From Mobula hypostoma (lineage: Eukaryota), in the NCBI RefSeq assembly GCF_963921235.1, contig NC_086107.1, positions 96,596,001 to 96,660,000 of the forward strand: a stretch of DNA of 64,000 nt. Direction: 5' to 3'. The translations under genes and the position numbers were made by a program. The notes below the pieces were generated by a model, which saw only the letters and a list, made by a program, of their open reading frames with translations, searched no databases and was not told the origin of the DNA. Position 1 is the stretch's first letter; every line of letters begins with the position of its first letter. Shown piece by piece: positions 23,770 to 35,524 of the stretch.

Positions 23770-24400
23770 AAAAAGGGGTTAACCTATGAGGAGAGATTGG
23801 GTCGCCTGGGACTATACTCTCTGGAGTTCAGAAGAATGAGAGGGGATCTTATAGAAACATACAAAATTTTGGAAGGGATAGATAAGATAGAAGAAGAAGA
23901 AGAATAGCCCTTAACTCGGCAGTGGAGTTATCGGGGCACCGTCTTTTTGACGGTATTTCTGTAGCAAGCTATTCTTGTTTTTACAAGGTCGAGTTGCTAG
24001 CTCGACACTCAACCCGACTTGGATTCGATCTCGGGAACCTTCGCTCCGGAGTCCGGTGCTGATTTTATTGCGCCACCAAACGGGACAAGATAGAAGTAGG
24101 AAAGCTGTTTCCATTGGTAGGTGAGACTAGAACTAGGGGACATTGCCTCAAGATTCAGGGGAGAAGATTTAGGACAGAGATGAGGTGAATCTGTGGAATT
24201 CTCTGCCCAGGGAAGCAGTTGAGGCTTCCTCACTAAATATATTTAAGAAACAGCTATATAATTTTTTTTACGTAGTAAGGGAATTAAAGGTTATGGGGAA
24301 AAGGCAGGTAGATGGAGCTGAGTTAATGGACAGATCAGCCATGATCTTATTGAATGGCAGGGCAGGCTGGATGGGCCGGATGGCCTACTCCCGCTCATAC
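23770..24400 (+). mobile_element. CR1 LINE 3' fragment interrupted by a SINE
   Basis: YEERLGRLGLYSLEFRRMRGDLIETYKIL before the insertion and VNLWNSLPREAVEA after it. Confidence 0.88.
23894..24086 (-). mobile_element. 193-bp tRNA(Trp)-like SINE with (TTC)n tail
   Basis: 10-bp TSD AAGATAGAAG (23884-23893, 24087-24096); head GTCCCGTTTGGTGGCGCAA..GGACTCCGGAGCGAAGGTT..GATCGAATCC..GTCGGG resembles vertebrate tRNA-Trp(CCA). Confidence 0.75.
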
Positions 24401-24414
24401 TTCTTATGTTCTTA

Positions 24415-25790
24415 TTATCTTCAAGGAATGGTGCCTCAGGAAGGCAGCATCCATCATTAAGGACTCCCACCACCCAGGACATGCCCTCTGCTCATTGTTA
24501 CCATCAGGAAGGAGGTACAGAAGCCTGAAGGCACACTCAGTGATTCAGGAACAGCTTTTTCCCCTCTGCCATCCGATTTCTGAATGGCCAATGAACCCGT
24601 GAACACTACCTCACTTTTTTTATTTGTGTATGCACTATCCATTTTAACTTAACTATTTAATATATGTACAAACATTGTGCAGTAATTCAGTTTTTTTTCT
24701 TGTATTTATGTATTACATTGCACACAAAGAGAGCAAGTTTCACAATGTATGCTGGTGATATTAAACCTGATTCTAATTCTGAAAGATAAAGACCAGCCAA
24801 AACCAAATTGGGATTCCCAAATCACTTGAGTGATGGTGTTAGGAAGGGCCATTTCTCGGACGCTGACTCTGGGTAGTCCTGGGTAGTCAGTGTGTCCAAT
24901 CACTCCTTTGCTAAAGAAACAGCTACTTTTCATTTCCAGTCTTTTTCGTTTATAATTCAGGATGCCAATATTTGAAGATTCCTCATTAGCTATTATTAAA
25001 TTTTACTAATCTAAATATCTTGCTCATACTTCTGTTACATAATAAAGTTAAAAGTCAAGTTTAGATAAGTGCATGTATAGACAAGTATAATGAAGACCTT
25101 GCAGCAACATCACAGGAACATAGCATCAGAAATGTAGCATTCTCAGGATAAGCATACATTAAACATAAAGTAATACAATTTTTTACAAAAAAAAACATAA
25201 TTAGAACAAAAAAGACTTTTTCTTTAAAGTAAAAACAGAAGATTGTAGCTATATGAAAATTATTTATAACTCCAACAGAGAATTTAAATGCTTCCAGAAC
25301 TGGTTTAATGTCACCAGCATGTGACATGAAATTTGTTGACTTTGCAATAGCAGTGTAATGCAATACATAATAATAGAGGAAAAAACTGAGTTATGGTAAG
25401 TGTGTTTATGTGTATATGTATATTAAACAGTTAAATTAAGTGAGTAGTGCAAAAATAGAAATAAAAAAGCAGGGAGGTCGAGTTCATGTCCATTCAGAAA
25501 TTGGATGACAGGGGAAGAAGCTGTCCCTGAATCGTTGAATGTGTGTCTTCACACTTTCTGGTGGTAGCAAGGAGAACAAGGCGTGACCTGGGTGATAAGG
25601 GTCCTTAATGATGGATGCCATCTTTTTGAGGCATTGCTCCTTGAAGATCCTGGATACTACAGATACTCATGACAGAGCTGACTAAGCTTACAACTCTCTG
25701 CAGCTTACTTCGATCCTGTGCCCCCCCTCCATACCGGTTGGTGATGCAGCCAGTCAGAATGCTCTCCACAGTACATTTGTAGAAACCTTT
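24415..25790. mobile_element. Rex-Babar 3' fragments (plus 24415-24790; minus about 25030-25790)
   Basis: CLRKAASIIKDSHHPGHALCSLLPSGRRYRSLKAH on plus; FYKCTVESILTGCIT..QDRSKLQRVV on minus. Confidence 0.8.
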
Positions 25791-26265
25791 TACTCTGAGA
25801 GAGGTTGGAATCTGGAATCCACATACAATAGATGAGATGAATAGCATTCAAAGGAAGAAAGGTGAATGTGAGAGAAATAATTGGACACATAGATCACTTG
25901 ATTGGCTGAAGAGTTTGGAAGTCTTTCGTACTTTGACTTAGTTTGATGCCTGACTGATTAATTTCATAGAGGGGAGTCCACTCTAGTACCTCCTACCTGT
26001 CCTGCAAACAGCAGAATCTTACCAGTTGGGCTTGAAGAGTGTGGTTCTATAGCATAATTATTATGTAATATTTTGTCTCCCTTGACTACACAATTTCCAT
26101 TAAAATGCATTTATAAGAATATGAGTTGGTTGCCAAATGCATAGTGATAAATTACAGGGGGTAGGGGAATACACCAAGGTGTCATGCACAGAAAAGGGAA
26201 AATGTTGAAGTACTCCGCAGGTCAGGCAGTTAACTAAACATAGGCTTGGAAGTTCCCTAGACTTT

Positions 26266-26365
26266 ATGAGTCGGCACTGTATCAGGGAACACTCACCTAT
26301 GACTCAGCACTGTGCCATGAAACAGTCACCCTACGACTCAGCACTGTGCGAGATAACACAGTCAC
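26266..26365. repeat. 33-34-bp tandem repeat x3 carrying AP-1/ARE-like motifs
   Basis: Units start at 26266, 26299 and 26333: aTGAGTCGGCActgt, aTGACTCAGCActgt, aCGACTCAGCActgt. Confidence 0.8.
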
Positions 26366-27259
26366 TTGTGGTTAGGGTTTAAACATACAAGCATGGGAAT
26401 TAGGAACAGTAGGCTACCTGGTCTCTTAGCTTGCTCTACATTCAGCGAGACCATAGCTGATCCAACCGTGACATCTCTGTGTTCCCATCGATCCATGGTG
26501 ACCTATGTTTATCAAAATGTATTTAACTCTGACTTAAGAATATTTAAAGATTCCATGTCCAGCACTCTTCACAAACAAAAAAAAGTTTGATGTACTCATG
26601 ACCAGTTCAGGGTGGTGTGGGTGGGTGGGGGGTGGAAATCACCAAATCTTTCTTAACCTAGCTGTAGATTCTCCCAAGAGAGGAAACATCTTCTCTGCAT
26701 TCACTATCAAGATCAGTGATAATTACATGCCCTGCCTGTCCAATCTTACTTCAAAACAATTCCAGCCACAATGTGCTAAATACTCTCTGAATTTCTTCTA
26801 ACGTTTACATCTTTAAGTAGGGAAAGTAGCGCTGAAAATTCTCATCTGGATGTGCTCTCGCCAGCATCCTGATTAACTGGAGCGTAACCTCCCTATTCAA
26901 ATGTTCAGCTCCTCTCCCAATAAGCAGAGCACTCTGTTAGTCTGCCTAATTGCTGGCTGTATCTATCCAACAGCCTTTTGTGAATCAGACCCTTTCACAC
27001 ACTCTGCATCTCAGAGCTCTGCAGTTTCTCACTGTTTACATAGCCCAGTCAAACATGAAAACCAAAACTTTTCAAAGTTCAAAGTACATTTATTATCAAA
27101 GTATTCCTCTTCTTACAGGCGGCCAAAAAACAAACTCTAAAGGAACCCATTAAAAAAAAATCAAAACATCCCATGTGCAGAGAGAGAGATATAAACAAAT
27201 TGTGCAAACAATAAAAGTAAGCCGAAAGCATTCAGAGCTGGAGTTTTACAAAGGATGTG

Positions 27260-28590
27260 AAGCCAGGCATCACTGCAGTTGGAGTAGGCCACGTCCCAAT
27301 TCATCATAGGGCCAAGGGAATGTCACGGGACCGCAAATGCAAAGCCAGACATCACTGTAGTCAGAGTAGACCGCAGCCTCAGTTCATCATAGGGCTGAGG
27401 GAATGTGACAGGACCGCAGACGCAAGGTTCCACAGGGTAGACTTATTCAGAAAGTCAGAAGGCATGGGATCCAGGGAGGTTTGGCCAGGTGGATTCAGAA
27501 TTGGCTTGCCTGCAGAAAGCTGGGGGTCATGGTGGAGGGAGTGCATTCAGATTGGAGGATTGTGACTAGTGGTGTCCCACAAGGATCTGTTATGGGACCT
27601 CTACTTTTCGTGATTTTTATTAACGACCTGGATGTGGGGTTGGAAGGGTGGGTTGGCAAGTTTGCAGATGACACAAAGGTTGGTGATAGTGTAGAGGATT
27701 GTCAAAGATTGCAGAGAGACATTGATAGGATGCAGAAGTGGGCTGTGAAGTGGCAGATGGAGTTCAACCCGGAGAAGTGTGAGGTGGTACACTTTGGAAG
27801 GACAAACTCCAAGGCAGAGTACAAAGTAAATGGCAGGATACTTGGTAGTGTGGAGGAGCAGAGGGATCTGGGGGTACATGTCCACAGATCCCTGAAAGTT
27901 GCCTCACAGGTGGATAGGGTAGTTAAGAAAGCTTATGGGGTTTTAGCTTTCATAAGTCGAGGGATAGAGTTTAAGAGTCGTGATGTAATGATGCAGCTCT
28001 ATAAAACTCTGGTTAGGCCACACTTGGAGTACTGTGTCCAGTTCTGGTTGCCTCACTATAGGAAGGATGAGGAAGCATTGGAAAGGGTACAGAGGAGATT
28101 TACCAGGATGCTGCCTGGTTTAGAGAGTATGCATTATGATCAGAGATTAAGGGAGCTAGGGCTTTACTCTTTGGCGAGAAGGAGGATGAGAGGAGACATG
28201 ATAGAGGTGTACAAGATAATAAGAGGAATAGATAGAGTGGATAGCCAGCACCTCTTCCCCAGGGCACCACTGCTCAATACAAGAGGACATGGCTTTAAGG
28301 TAAGGGGTGGGAAGTTAAAGGGGGATACTAGAGGAAGGTTCTTTACTCAGAGAGTGGTCGGTGCGTGGAATGCACTGCCTGAGTCCGTGGTGGAGGCAGA
28401 TACACTAGTGAAGTTTAAGAGACTACTAGACAGGTATATGGAGGAATTTAAGGTGGAGGCTTGTATGGGAGGGTTGGAGGGTCGGCACAACATTGTGGGC
28501 CGAAGGGCCTGTACTGTGCTGTACTATTCTATGTTCTATATTCTAAAGCCAGGCGTCACTGTAGTCAGAGTAGGCCGCAGCCTCAGTTCC
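27260..28590. repeat. 82-bp tandem repeat (two units, then a partial third) split by a CR1 insertion
   Basis: aagccag..catcactg..gagtag..cagttc at 27260 and 27342; the third unit resumes at about 28545. Confidence 0.75.
27426..28544 (+). mobile_element. Young 5'-truncated CR1 LINE
   Basis: Uninterrupted ORF 27481-28602: SGVPQGSVMGPLLFVIFINDLD..KFADDTK..FFTQRVVGAWNALP; (TTCTATG)-type tail. Confidence 0.95.
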
Positions 28591-28885
28591 GCGCAGAGCT
28601 GAGTAAGCTTCGCCGAGCAGCGGGCAGAACGAGACAGAAACGGCCCATCCCAACACCCTGACCTTTTCAACCCAGCCCAGTGCTTAAATTGTCCCAATAT
28701 CGGGCCGTTCTTCACCCTTGGACAGCCCTGGGGCCTGGACCTCCCCCACCACAATTCAGCCCAAACCCAACCTTTCAAATTCGGCCAGGTGCTTCAGACA
28801 CTGGGACTTTCCTTGCTCCTGCCTCCCCTCCGTAGATGCTGCCTGCTTTGCTGAGTTCCTCCAACATTTTGCATTTGCTGCTCAA

Positions 28886-29568
28886 CAGACATCCCACCTC
28901 TCCTGGAAATTCTGGGAGCCTCCCGCATATTGATAGCGACTCCCTGATGACCGGAAATTATATACAATATCCCGGAAATTGATTTTTTTGAGAGCGAGAG
29001 GGATCTGGAGCGCGTGAGCAGGAGTGCAGGAGCGGGAGAAGGAGAGGGAGAGTGAGAGGGAGCATCCTGATTGGTCTCTCTTCTGTGCTAAGTAGACGTA
29101 TCAGTTTTCTCTGTGGGCGGGCTTTACAGTCAACCTCAAAATAATGACAGTGTTGCTCGCTGCACTGTTTGCAACAGTGACTTTTCTATTGCCCATGGTG
29201 AGTTAAAATGTAAAAGACATTTTGAGGTGAGTTTAACAGGTGTCATTCGTTCATTAGCAGAGCTAACGTTATTTAAACTAGCTGGCTAGCTGCTGAGGAG
29301 CTATTGATGTCTTACATGATGAGGCCAAACTCCCTGTAGACTTGCTTAAAGTTGTAATAGAATAAACATAATAATATAATATAATATAAGTACATATTTT
29401 GATGTCATATTTTCTGCATATACCCAGCTTGGTTTACAGATTAGACAAAATCACTAAGCAAAGTATTACATACACCCTTGGAGGTCGACTGGTGTGGTGG
29501 GGATGTGGGGTTGCGGGGGGCGGGGGTGCTACCTCCCTGAAATGAGTTTTTGCAGGTTGGGATGTCTG
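28886..29568. mobile_element. 683-bp MITE with 14-15-bp TIRs and 6-bp TSD (possibly hAT6-like)
   Basis: CAGACATCCCA-CCT ... AGGTTGGGATGTCTG; TSD GCTCAA at 28880-28885 and 29569-29574, splitting a PLE tail whose two halves rejoin cleanly. Confidence 0.82.
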
Positions 29569-30503
29569 GCTCAAGGTTTCCAGCATCTGTAGAATCTTTT
29601 GTGTCTGTGAAAACCAACCTTCCCTTCATCGACTCTGTCTGCATTTCACGCCTTATCGGGAAAGCAGCAAACATAATCAAAGTCCCCTCCCACCCTAGAC
29701 ATTCTCTCTTCTCCTGTCTTCCATCAGGCAGAAGATACAAAAGCCTGAAAGCACGTATGACAAAACAGTTTCTAATCTGCTGTAATCAGACTATTGAACC
29801 TACCATTTGTATGATAAAGATGAACTCCTTGTCTCTTATTCTACCTCATGATGGTCCTTGTACTCTGCCTACACTGCGTGTCCTCTGTATCTGTGCGACT
29901 ATATTCTGCACTGTTTCTTTTCATTTTGTACTGCTTCAATATACTTACGATTGAACAATCAGTATCTCAGTATATGTGGTAATAATCAACCGATTCCCAA
30001 TTAGTATGATTTTTAAATACTTATTTTTAATTTTATCGAGATACCATGCAGTATAGGCTGTTTTGGCCCTTCCAGCCATGCTGCCCAGCAATCCCCTGTT
30101 TTAATCCTATCCTAATCATGGGACAATTTACAATGACCAATTAGCCCATCAACCGGAATGTCCTTGGACTGTGGGAGGAAAATCCGCAAGGTCACGGGGA
30201 GAACACACAAACTCCTTAGAGGCAGTGACGGGAGTTGAACTCGGGTCACCTACACAGTGAAGTGTTGTGCTAACCACTATGCTTTAATGACAAAAATAGA
30301 CCATAGAAGAGGGTCTTGGCATTCAAAAAACTTGTCAGGTGGAACCATACGTGGGGATTAAACCTGTTTTTGGATCAATCAACCGATGTGCTGAAGGACC
30401 TTATAACTCCAAACTTCAAAGGCACGATGCTGATACACCCTTCCCTAAAATCTTCAGCCAAAAATACCCAACATCACTAACATGAATGCAATCTAGGAAG
30501 GCA

Positions 30504-31106
30504 GGGGAATTCTTAAGTGAATGGGAAGAGACGGAGGAGGAAAAAAATTGTTTGGGACAGGGAACTAGTTTCTTTTTCCACTCCTAGTGACCATTAGAAA
30601 ATCCCCCTTTAATTAGTGACATTTTCTATTTTTCACCAAGTGCAATTTTTTAACTTGGGAAATTCCCTCGGACTCTTTAGTGAAAATAAATCCTACTTTC
30701 TTTCTTGCTAGATTTGTGTCAACAAATGTATTATTAGAGTCTCAGGCAATTTTTCCATAACTTTACACTTTTCCATCACTTTTGCTCAGTGTGCTCACCA
30801 ATATCTATCCTCCCGCCACTGGGTGGCGCAATGGCATAGTGGATAGTGCTGCTGCCAGGCAGCTCCAGTGACTGGGGTTTTAATCGTGGCCTCTGTCAGT
30901 GTGGAGTTTGCACGTTCTATCCATCATTCATGGGTTTCCTCCTACTTGTGAACAGAAGTGCTGGATGGTTAATTGGCTGCAGTAAATTTCCCATAGGCGT
31001 GGGTTAATGGCAAAACAAAAATTGAAAAGGGAGTTGATGCGAGAGAGAAAAAGTTGGAATAATACAAAGGAATAAAAAGAGTTTTGCTGGGACTAAGGGG
31101 ATTTCC
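30504..31106. promoter_or_regulatory. Candidate NF-kB/IRF intronic enhancer
   Basis: GGGGAATTCT 30504, ISRE AGTTTCTTTTTCC 30567-30579, GGGGATTTTC (minus) 30597, GGGAAATTCC 30657, GGGGATTTCC 31097. Motif evidence only. Confidence 0.45.
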
Positions 31107-31879
31107 CTCTACTGGCAGCTATTGTAGACACAATGGGCTGAATGGCCTCCATCTGTGAAAGCAAAACATAAATTCCATGTTAATTTGTCTATTTGGTTTT
31201 GAGCATTTTGACCTGGTCTCATTTTTAATTTTCTTTGCTTTAAGAAGAATAACACTTGTCTATTGGCAACTCCCAACTTACAGATAAGGATGTAGGAAAT
31301 AGGAGCAGGGCTGGACCATTTGGCCCCTGTAACCTGCTACTTCACTCAGGTTTTAGCCTCACCTCTTTTCTAAGTTGTCCTGGTTATCTTTATTCCGTGA
31401 AAGTCTGAAAGTTTAAGTTGGCATCAGAATCAAGTTTAATATCACTGGCGTATTGTGGTGAAATTTGTTGTTTTGCAGCAGCAGGACACCGCAATTCAGA
31501 GTAATAAAGCTATAAACCACAATAAGAAATAAATATAAATAAATTAGTAGTGCAAAAAGAAAGGGAAAAGTTACCAAGGAAATGTTCATTGGTTTATTGT
31601 CCATCAGAAATCTGTTGGTGGAGGGGAAACAGCTGCTCCTGTAATGTTGAGAGCACTGTTGAATATACAAAAGATTCATCCTCCACATCCCTCTGAGAAG
31701 TCCAAAAGTTCATAATTTGCCAAAGGGAAAACTACCTTCTCATGTCAGTCTCATGTCACCTCCACGGGAATTATATTTTCTCTTAAATTTCACGAAGACT
31801 GTATGTGATAGCCCAGATATTGTCTCACCATTGATCTGACCAACTGTACGAAAACTTTTCCTTTTGTATTCCAATAATG

Positions 31880-32310
31880 ACTACCATCTACCTTGCTGAA
31901 GCTAGATGATAACACTCAGACACCTCCTCATTCCTACTCCTCAAGGAGAACCTCACTCCACACCATCAGAAAACTGTCTCCGACACCATCACTGACCTCA
32001 TCTAGACGGGAAAACTCCCAACCACTGCCAACAAGCTTATAGTTCCCTTACCCCGCACTCCTCACTTGTACCTCCTACCCAGATCCACAGACTGGACTGT
32101 CCGGTTCCTGCTGTACTGAACTCGTGACCTCATATCTCAATTCCATTCTACACCCCTCCCCCTTAATACAGTCCCTTCTCACCTACATCATTCAGGCATC
32201 TTCCCACATCCTTCTCAGTCTTGAAGAAGGGTCTCAGCTGGAAACATCGACTGTTTATTCTTCTCCATAGATGCTGCCTGACCTGCTGAGATCCTCCAGC
32301 ATTTTGTCTG
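31880..32310 (+). mobile_element. PLE RT N-terminal fragment joined to a degenerate tail
   Basis: HQKTVSDTITDLI..LPTTANKLIVPLPRTPHLYLLP..IH; then agtc-ttgaaga-agggtctcagctg-gaaac-atc-gact (C3 mutated). Confidence 0.7.
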
Positions 32311-33654
32311 TGTTACCAACCTATTTGTTTCTATAACCGTTTGCTGTATCTGTCTGTGTTTTTCATAAAAGGACATATATATCTCTTTGAGCACGTTTAA
32401 TAGTTTCACACAGATTAATTGATATTCCGTTTTCCTGATTGTCCTATCAAAGTAGATTGTTTCTTCTGTGCGGACTCCAACGCTGTCTTAAGACAGCGCC
32501 TAGATGAAACCTTTGGCATCCTGTGAATGTTCAGAAGGGAGGATTACAAGAACTCCTCTTGGTGTTGGAGGATTCAGTGTCACTCTTTGGCACTTGTGCA
32601 CCAAGGGCTGACTTGGCCCAAAATGTTGACCGTCTCATCCCCATCAGAGCTGCTGCCTGACCTGCTGAGTCCCCCCAAGCATCTTGAGATGTTGATAGAG
32701 TCTTGTGTTTCAGGTTGAAAGATATAGTCGACCTATAAAAGATCTCCACAGCCTGCCCAAGACGTAATGGGAGAAACTACTCAGCAGATCAGGGGCATTT
32801 GTAAAGAGGGAAACATTTTGGATCAATGGTCATTGAGAAAGGGAAGGAATCACCGGTACAGGTTTCAGACAAGACCGGCAGGGAAAGGGTGGAAGTGTGG
32901 AATCAAAATCAGGTTAATTATCACCGACGTATGTTGTGAAATGTGCTGGTTTGTGGCAGCAGTACAAAGCAACACATAAAAAATGATAATTTGCAATATT
33001 AAATGCAAATTAACAAATTAAATTAAATAAATAGTGTGTTCATGGGCTGGTTCATTGTCCGTTTTGGAATCTGATGGAGGAGGGGAAGAAGCGGGACCTA
33101 AGACATTGAGTGTGCGTGTCTTCAGGCTCCTGTACCTCCTCCCTGATGGAAGCAATGAGAAGAATTCTCTGTGAGTTTGGAAAGCAAGAGATATAGTAGA
33201 TGACAATGAAAGTAAATGGGAGTGAGACTGAGACAAGCAAAGAAACAAAAAGTGGGTCCAGAGGCTCTGTGGTCAAGCAGCACTGGTGGGAGGAATTGTA
33301 AATGCTTTGGGTTGACGTCTGATAGCCTATAGTAGTTGACGATGTTTAGGAATTACAGAAACTGATCAAAGGGGTCTTTCCATTCCAGCTGTCTTGTTAT
33401 CAGCTGGGTGTGCAAGCTGAGGGAGGGTAAGTTGGTTTACTACTGACACTGGTACCGAGGCACAGAACAAAAGTTGCACAAGTTCAGTACAACAGTGCAT
33501 TTTGGTAGTATTGGGTTAAACAATAACAGAGTGCAGAATAGTTCACACAAAATACTGGAGGTCAGGTTGTAGCTAAGGAGAGGAATAAGCATTTACATTT
33601 TGGGCCGAGATTCTGATAAAGTTCTTCCAGCATTTTCTGTGTTAGTCTGGATTT

Positions 33655-34284
33655 TTTTTTAGATTTTTTTAGATTATGAGGACACGCAGCCCTCTTTTAT
33701 TGTCATTTAGTAATGCATGCTTTAAGAAATGATACAATATTCCTCTGGTGTGATATCGCAGAAACACAGGACAGGCCAAGACTGAAAAACTGACAAAAAC
33801 CACATAATTATAACATACAGTCACAACAGTGCAAGCAATACCGTAACTTGATGAAGAGACCGTGAGCACGGTAAGAAGTTCAAAGTCTCTTGAAAGTTCC
33901 ACATCTCATGCAGACGAGAGAAGGAAGAAAACTCTCCCTGCCATACCCGACCACAGTCTGACTCTGAGTCGTCTGAAAACTTCGAGCTCCGACCAGCCCT
34001 CTGACACCGAGCACCGAGCACCATCTCCGCCGAACGCCTTGACCCCAGCCCCGGTCGCCAGCAGCAGGTGAAGCCGGGGATTTTGCGGCCTTCCCTCCGG
34101 AGATTCTGGATCACACAGTAGCAGCGGCAGCGAACCGGGCATTTCAGAAATTTCTCCAGATGTTCCTCCGTGCTTCTCACGGCTGTCTCCATCAAATCAG
34201 AATTGTGCACGGCCCCTATTTAACAGATATGATATCATTTCACCGGAGAGGCTACGTGCGCTGTGTCGCGCCGCCACCTTCTCC
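33655..34284 (-). mobile_element. About 630-bp non-autonomous retroelement (copy 2 of 7582-8258)
   Basis: 5' end on minus reads ggagaaggtggcggcgcgacacagc; same interior and (TCTAA)-type tail. Confidence 0.7.
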
Positions 34285-34446
34285 TCCCTCATCTACAGAA
34301 TCTCTTGTGTGGCGGGGTGCAGGATTAAATGTTACAGTTACAGAGAAAGTGCAGTGAGGGTAGACAGTCTGGTGTGAGCCTGTCCTGGAGCTATGATTGC
34401 TAGACCTGTAAGCAGACTTAAAAGAAGAAAGGTTAGTGGTGTAGGG

Positions 34447-34526
34447 CAGGAGTTCCCGACCTTTTTTATACCATAGACCCATACCATGGAGCAAGGGGTC
34501 CATGGATTCCAAGCTGGAAACCCCTG
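34447..34526. mobile_element. 80-bp hAT/Charlie-type mini-MITE
   Basis: CAGGAGTTCCCGACC...GCTGGAAACCCCTG; 8-bp flanks gtgtaggg and gtgtagaa (6/8). Confidence 0.7.
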
Positions 34527-34857
34527 GTGTAGAAAGTTGTCAAGGGTTACAGCAAGATGTTGATAGGATTTAGAGCTGGGCTGAGAAGTGGCAGATGGAT
34601 TTCAACATGCGGTAGTATGAAGTAATTCAGAAGTAGAAGGTTAAATTTGAAGGCAATACAGGGTTAATGGAAGGACTTTTAGCAGTGTGCAGGAACAGAG
34701 GGATCTTGGGCTGCATGCCCACAGATCCCTCAGAGTTGCAGTGCAAGTTGATAGGATGGTTAAGAAGGTGCGGGGTATGTTAGCTTTCATTGGTCAGGGG
34801 ACTGAGTTCAAGAGTGGTGAGATAATATAGCAACTCTTTAAAAAAAACTCTGGTTAG

Positions 34858-35103
34858 AACCTCAGCTGAGGCAGCGTGTTGTGTCCTTGAGCAAGGCACT
34901 TAACCACACATTGCTCTGCGACGATACCGGTGCCAAGCTGTATTGGCCATAGTGCCCTTCCCTTGGACAACATTGGTGGCGTGGAGAGGGGAGACTTGCA
35001 GCATGGGCAACTGCTGGTCTTCCATACAACCTTGCCCAGGCCTGTGCCCTGGAAACCTTCCAAGGCGCAAATCCATGGTCTCACGAGACTAATGGATGCC
35101 TAT
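34858..35103 (+). mobile_element. tRNA/RTE-tail SINE, 5'-truncated (same family as 18968-19295)
   Basis: Near-identical gtgttgtgtccttgagcaaggcacttaa..tccatggtctc..gactaa..gatgcc. Confidence 0.85.
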
Positions 35104-35524
35104 GAATGAGGTTGAATGAGATAGGACTTTTCTCTCTGGTGCAAAGGAGGATCTAAGCTGACTTGATAGAGGTGTAAAAGGCATATAGATTGAGAGAACA
35201 AACAGAATTTTCCCCCAGGGTTAATATAAGAGGGCATAATTTTAAGGTGAGAAAACAATAGGGGGGATATCAGAGGTAAGTTTTCTTCACAGAGACTGGT
35301 GGATGCATGGAATATGCAGCCAGAGGTGGTTGTAGAGGCAAGAATATTCGGGACTTTTAAGAATCTCTTAGATAGACATGTGGATGATAGAAAAATGGAG
35401 GGTTATGTAGGAAGGAAGGGTTAGATTGATTTTAGAATAGGTTACAAGGTTGGCACAACATCATGGGCTGAAGGACTGCAGTCTGCTGTAATAATCTATG
35501 TTCTTAAATTTATCAGTTATTCCA

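Larger units (their letters stand above)
34380..35510 (+). mobile_element. Degenerate CR1 LINE carrying nested MITE and SINE insertions
   Basis: gctgagaagtggcagatgga..gaacagagggatcttgg..gttgataggatggttaagaagg; CR1 3' end at about 35480. Confidence 0.8.

Noticed and set aside
24011-24086. Functional tRNA gene
   Set aside because: The D-arm and T-arm are degenerate, and it is fused to a SINE body with a TSD. No intact tRNA, rRNA or snRNA gene was recognised anywhere in the window.
29144-29197. Hydrophobic mini-ORF MTVLLAALFATVTFLLPM plus GTGAGT donor as an alternative signal-peptide exon
   Set aside because: It ends in phase 0, while the leader exon needs phase 2 and the IgV exon phase 1; either splice is out of frame. 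It also lies inside a MITE.
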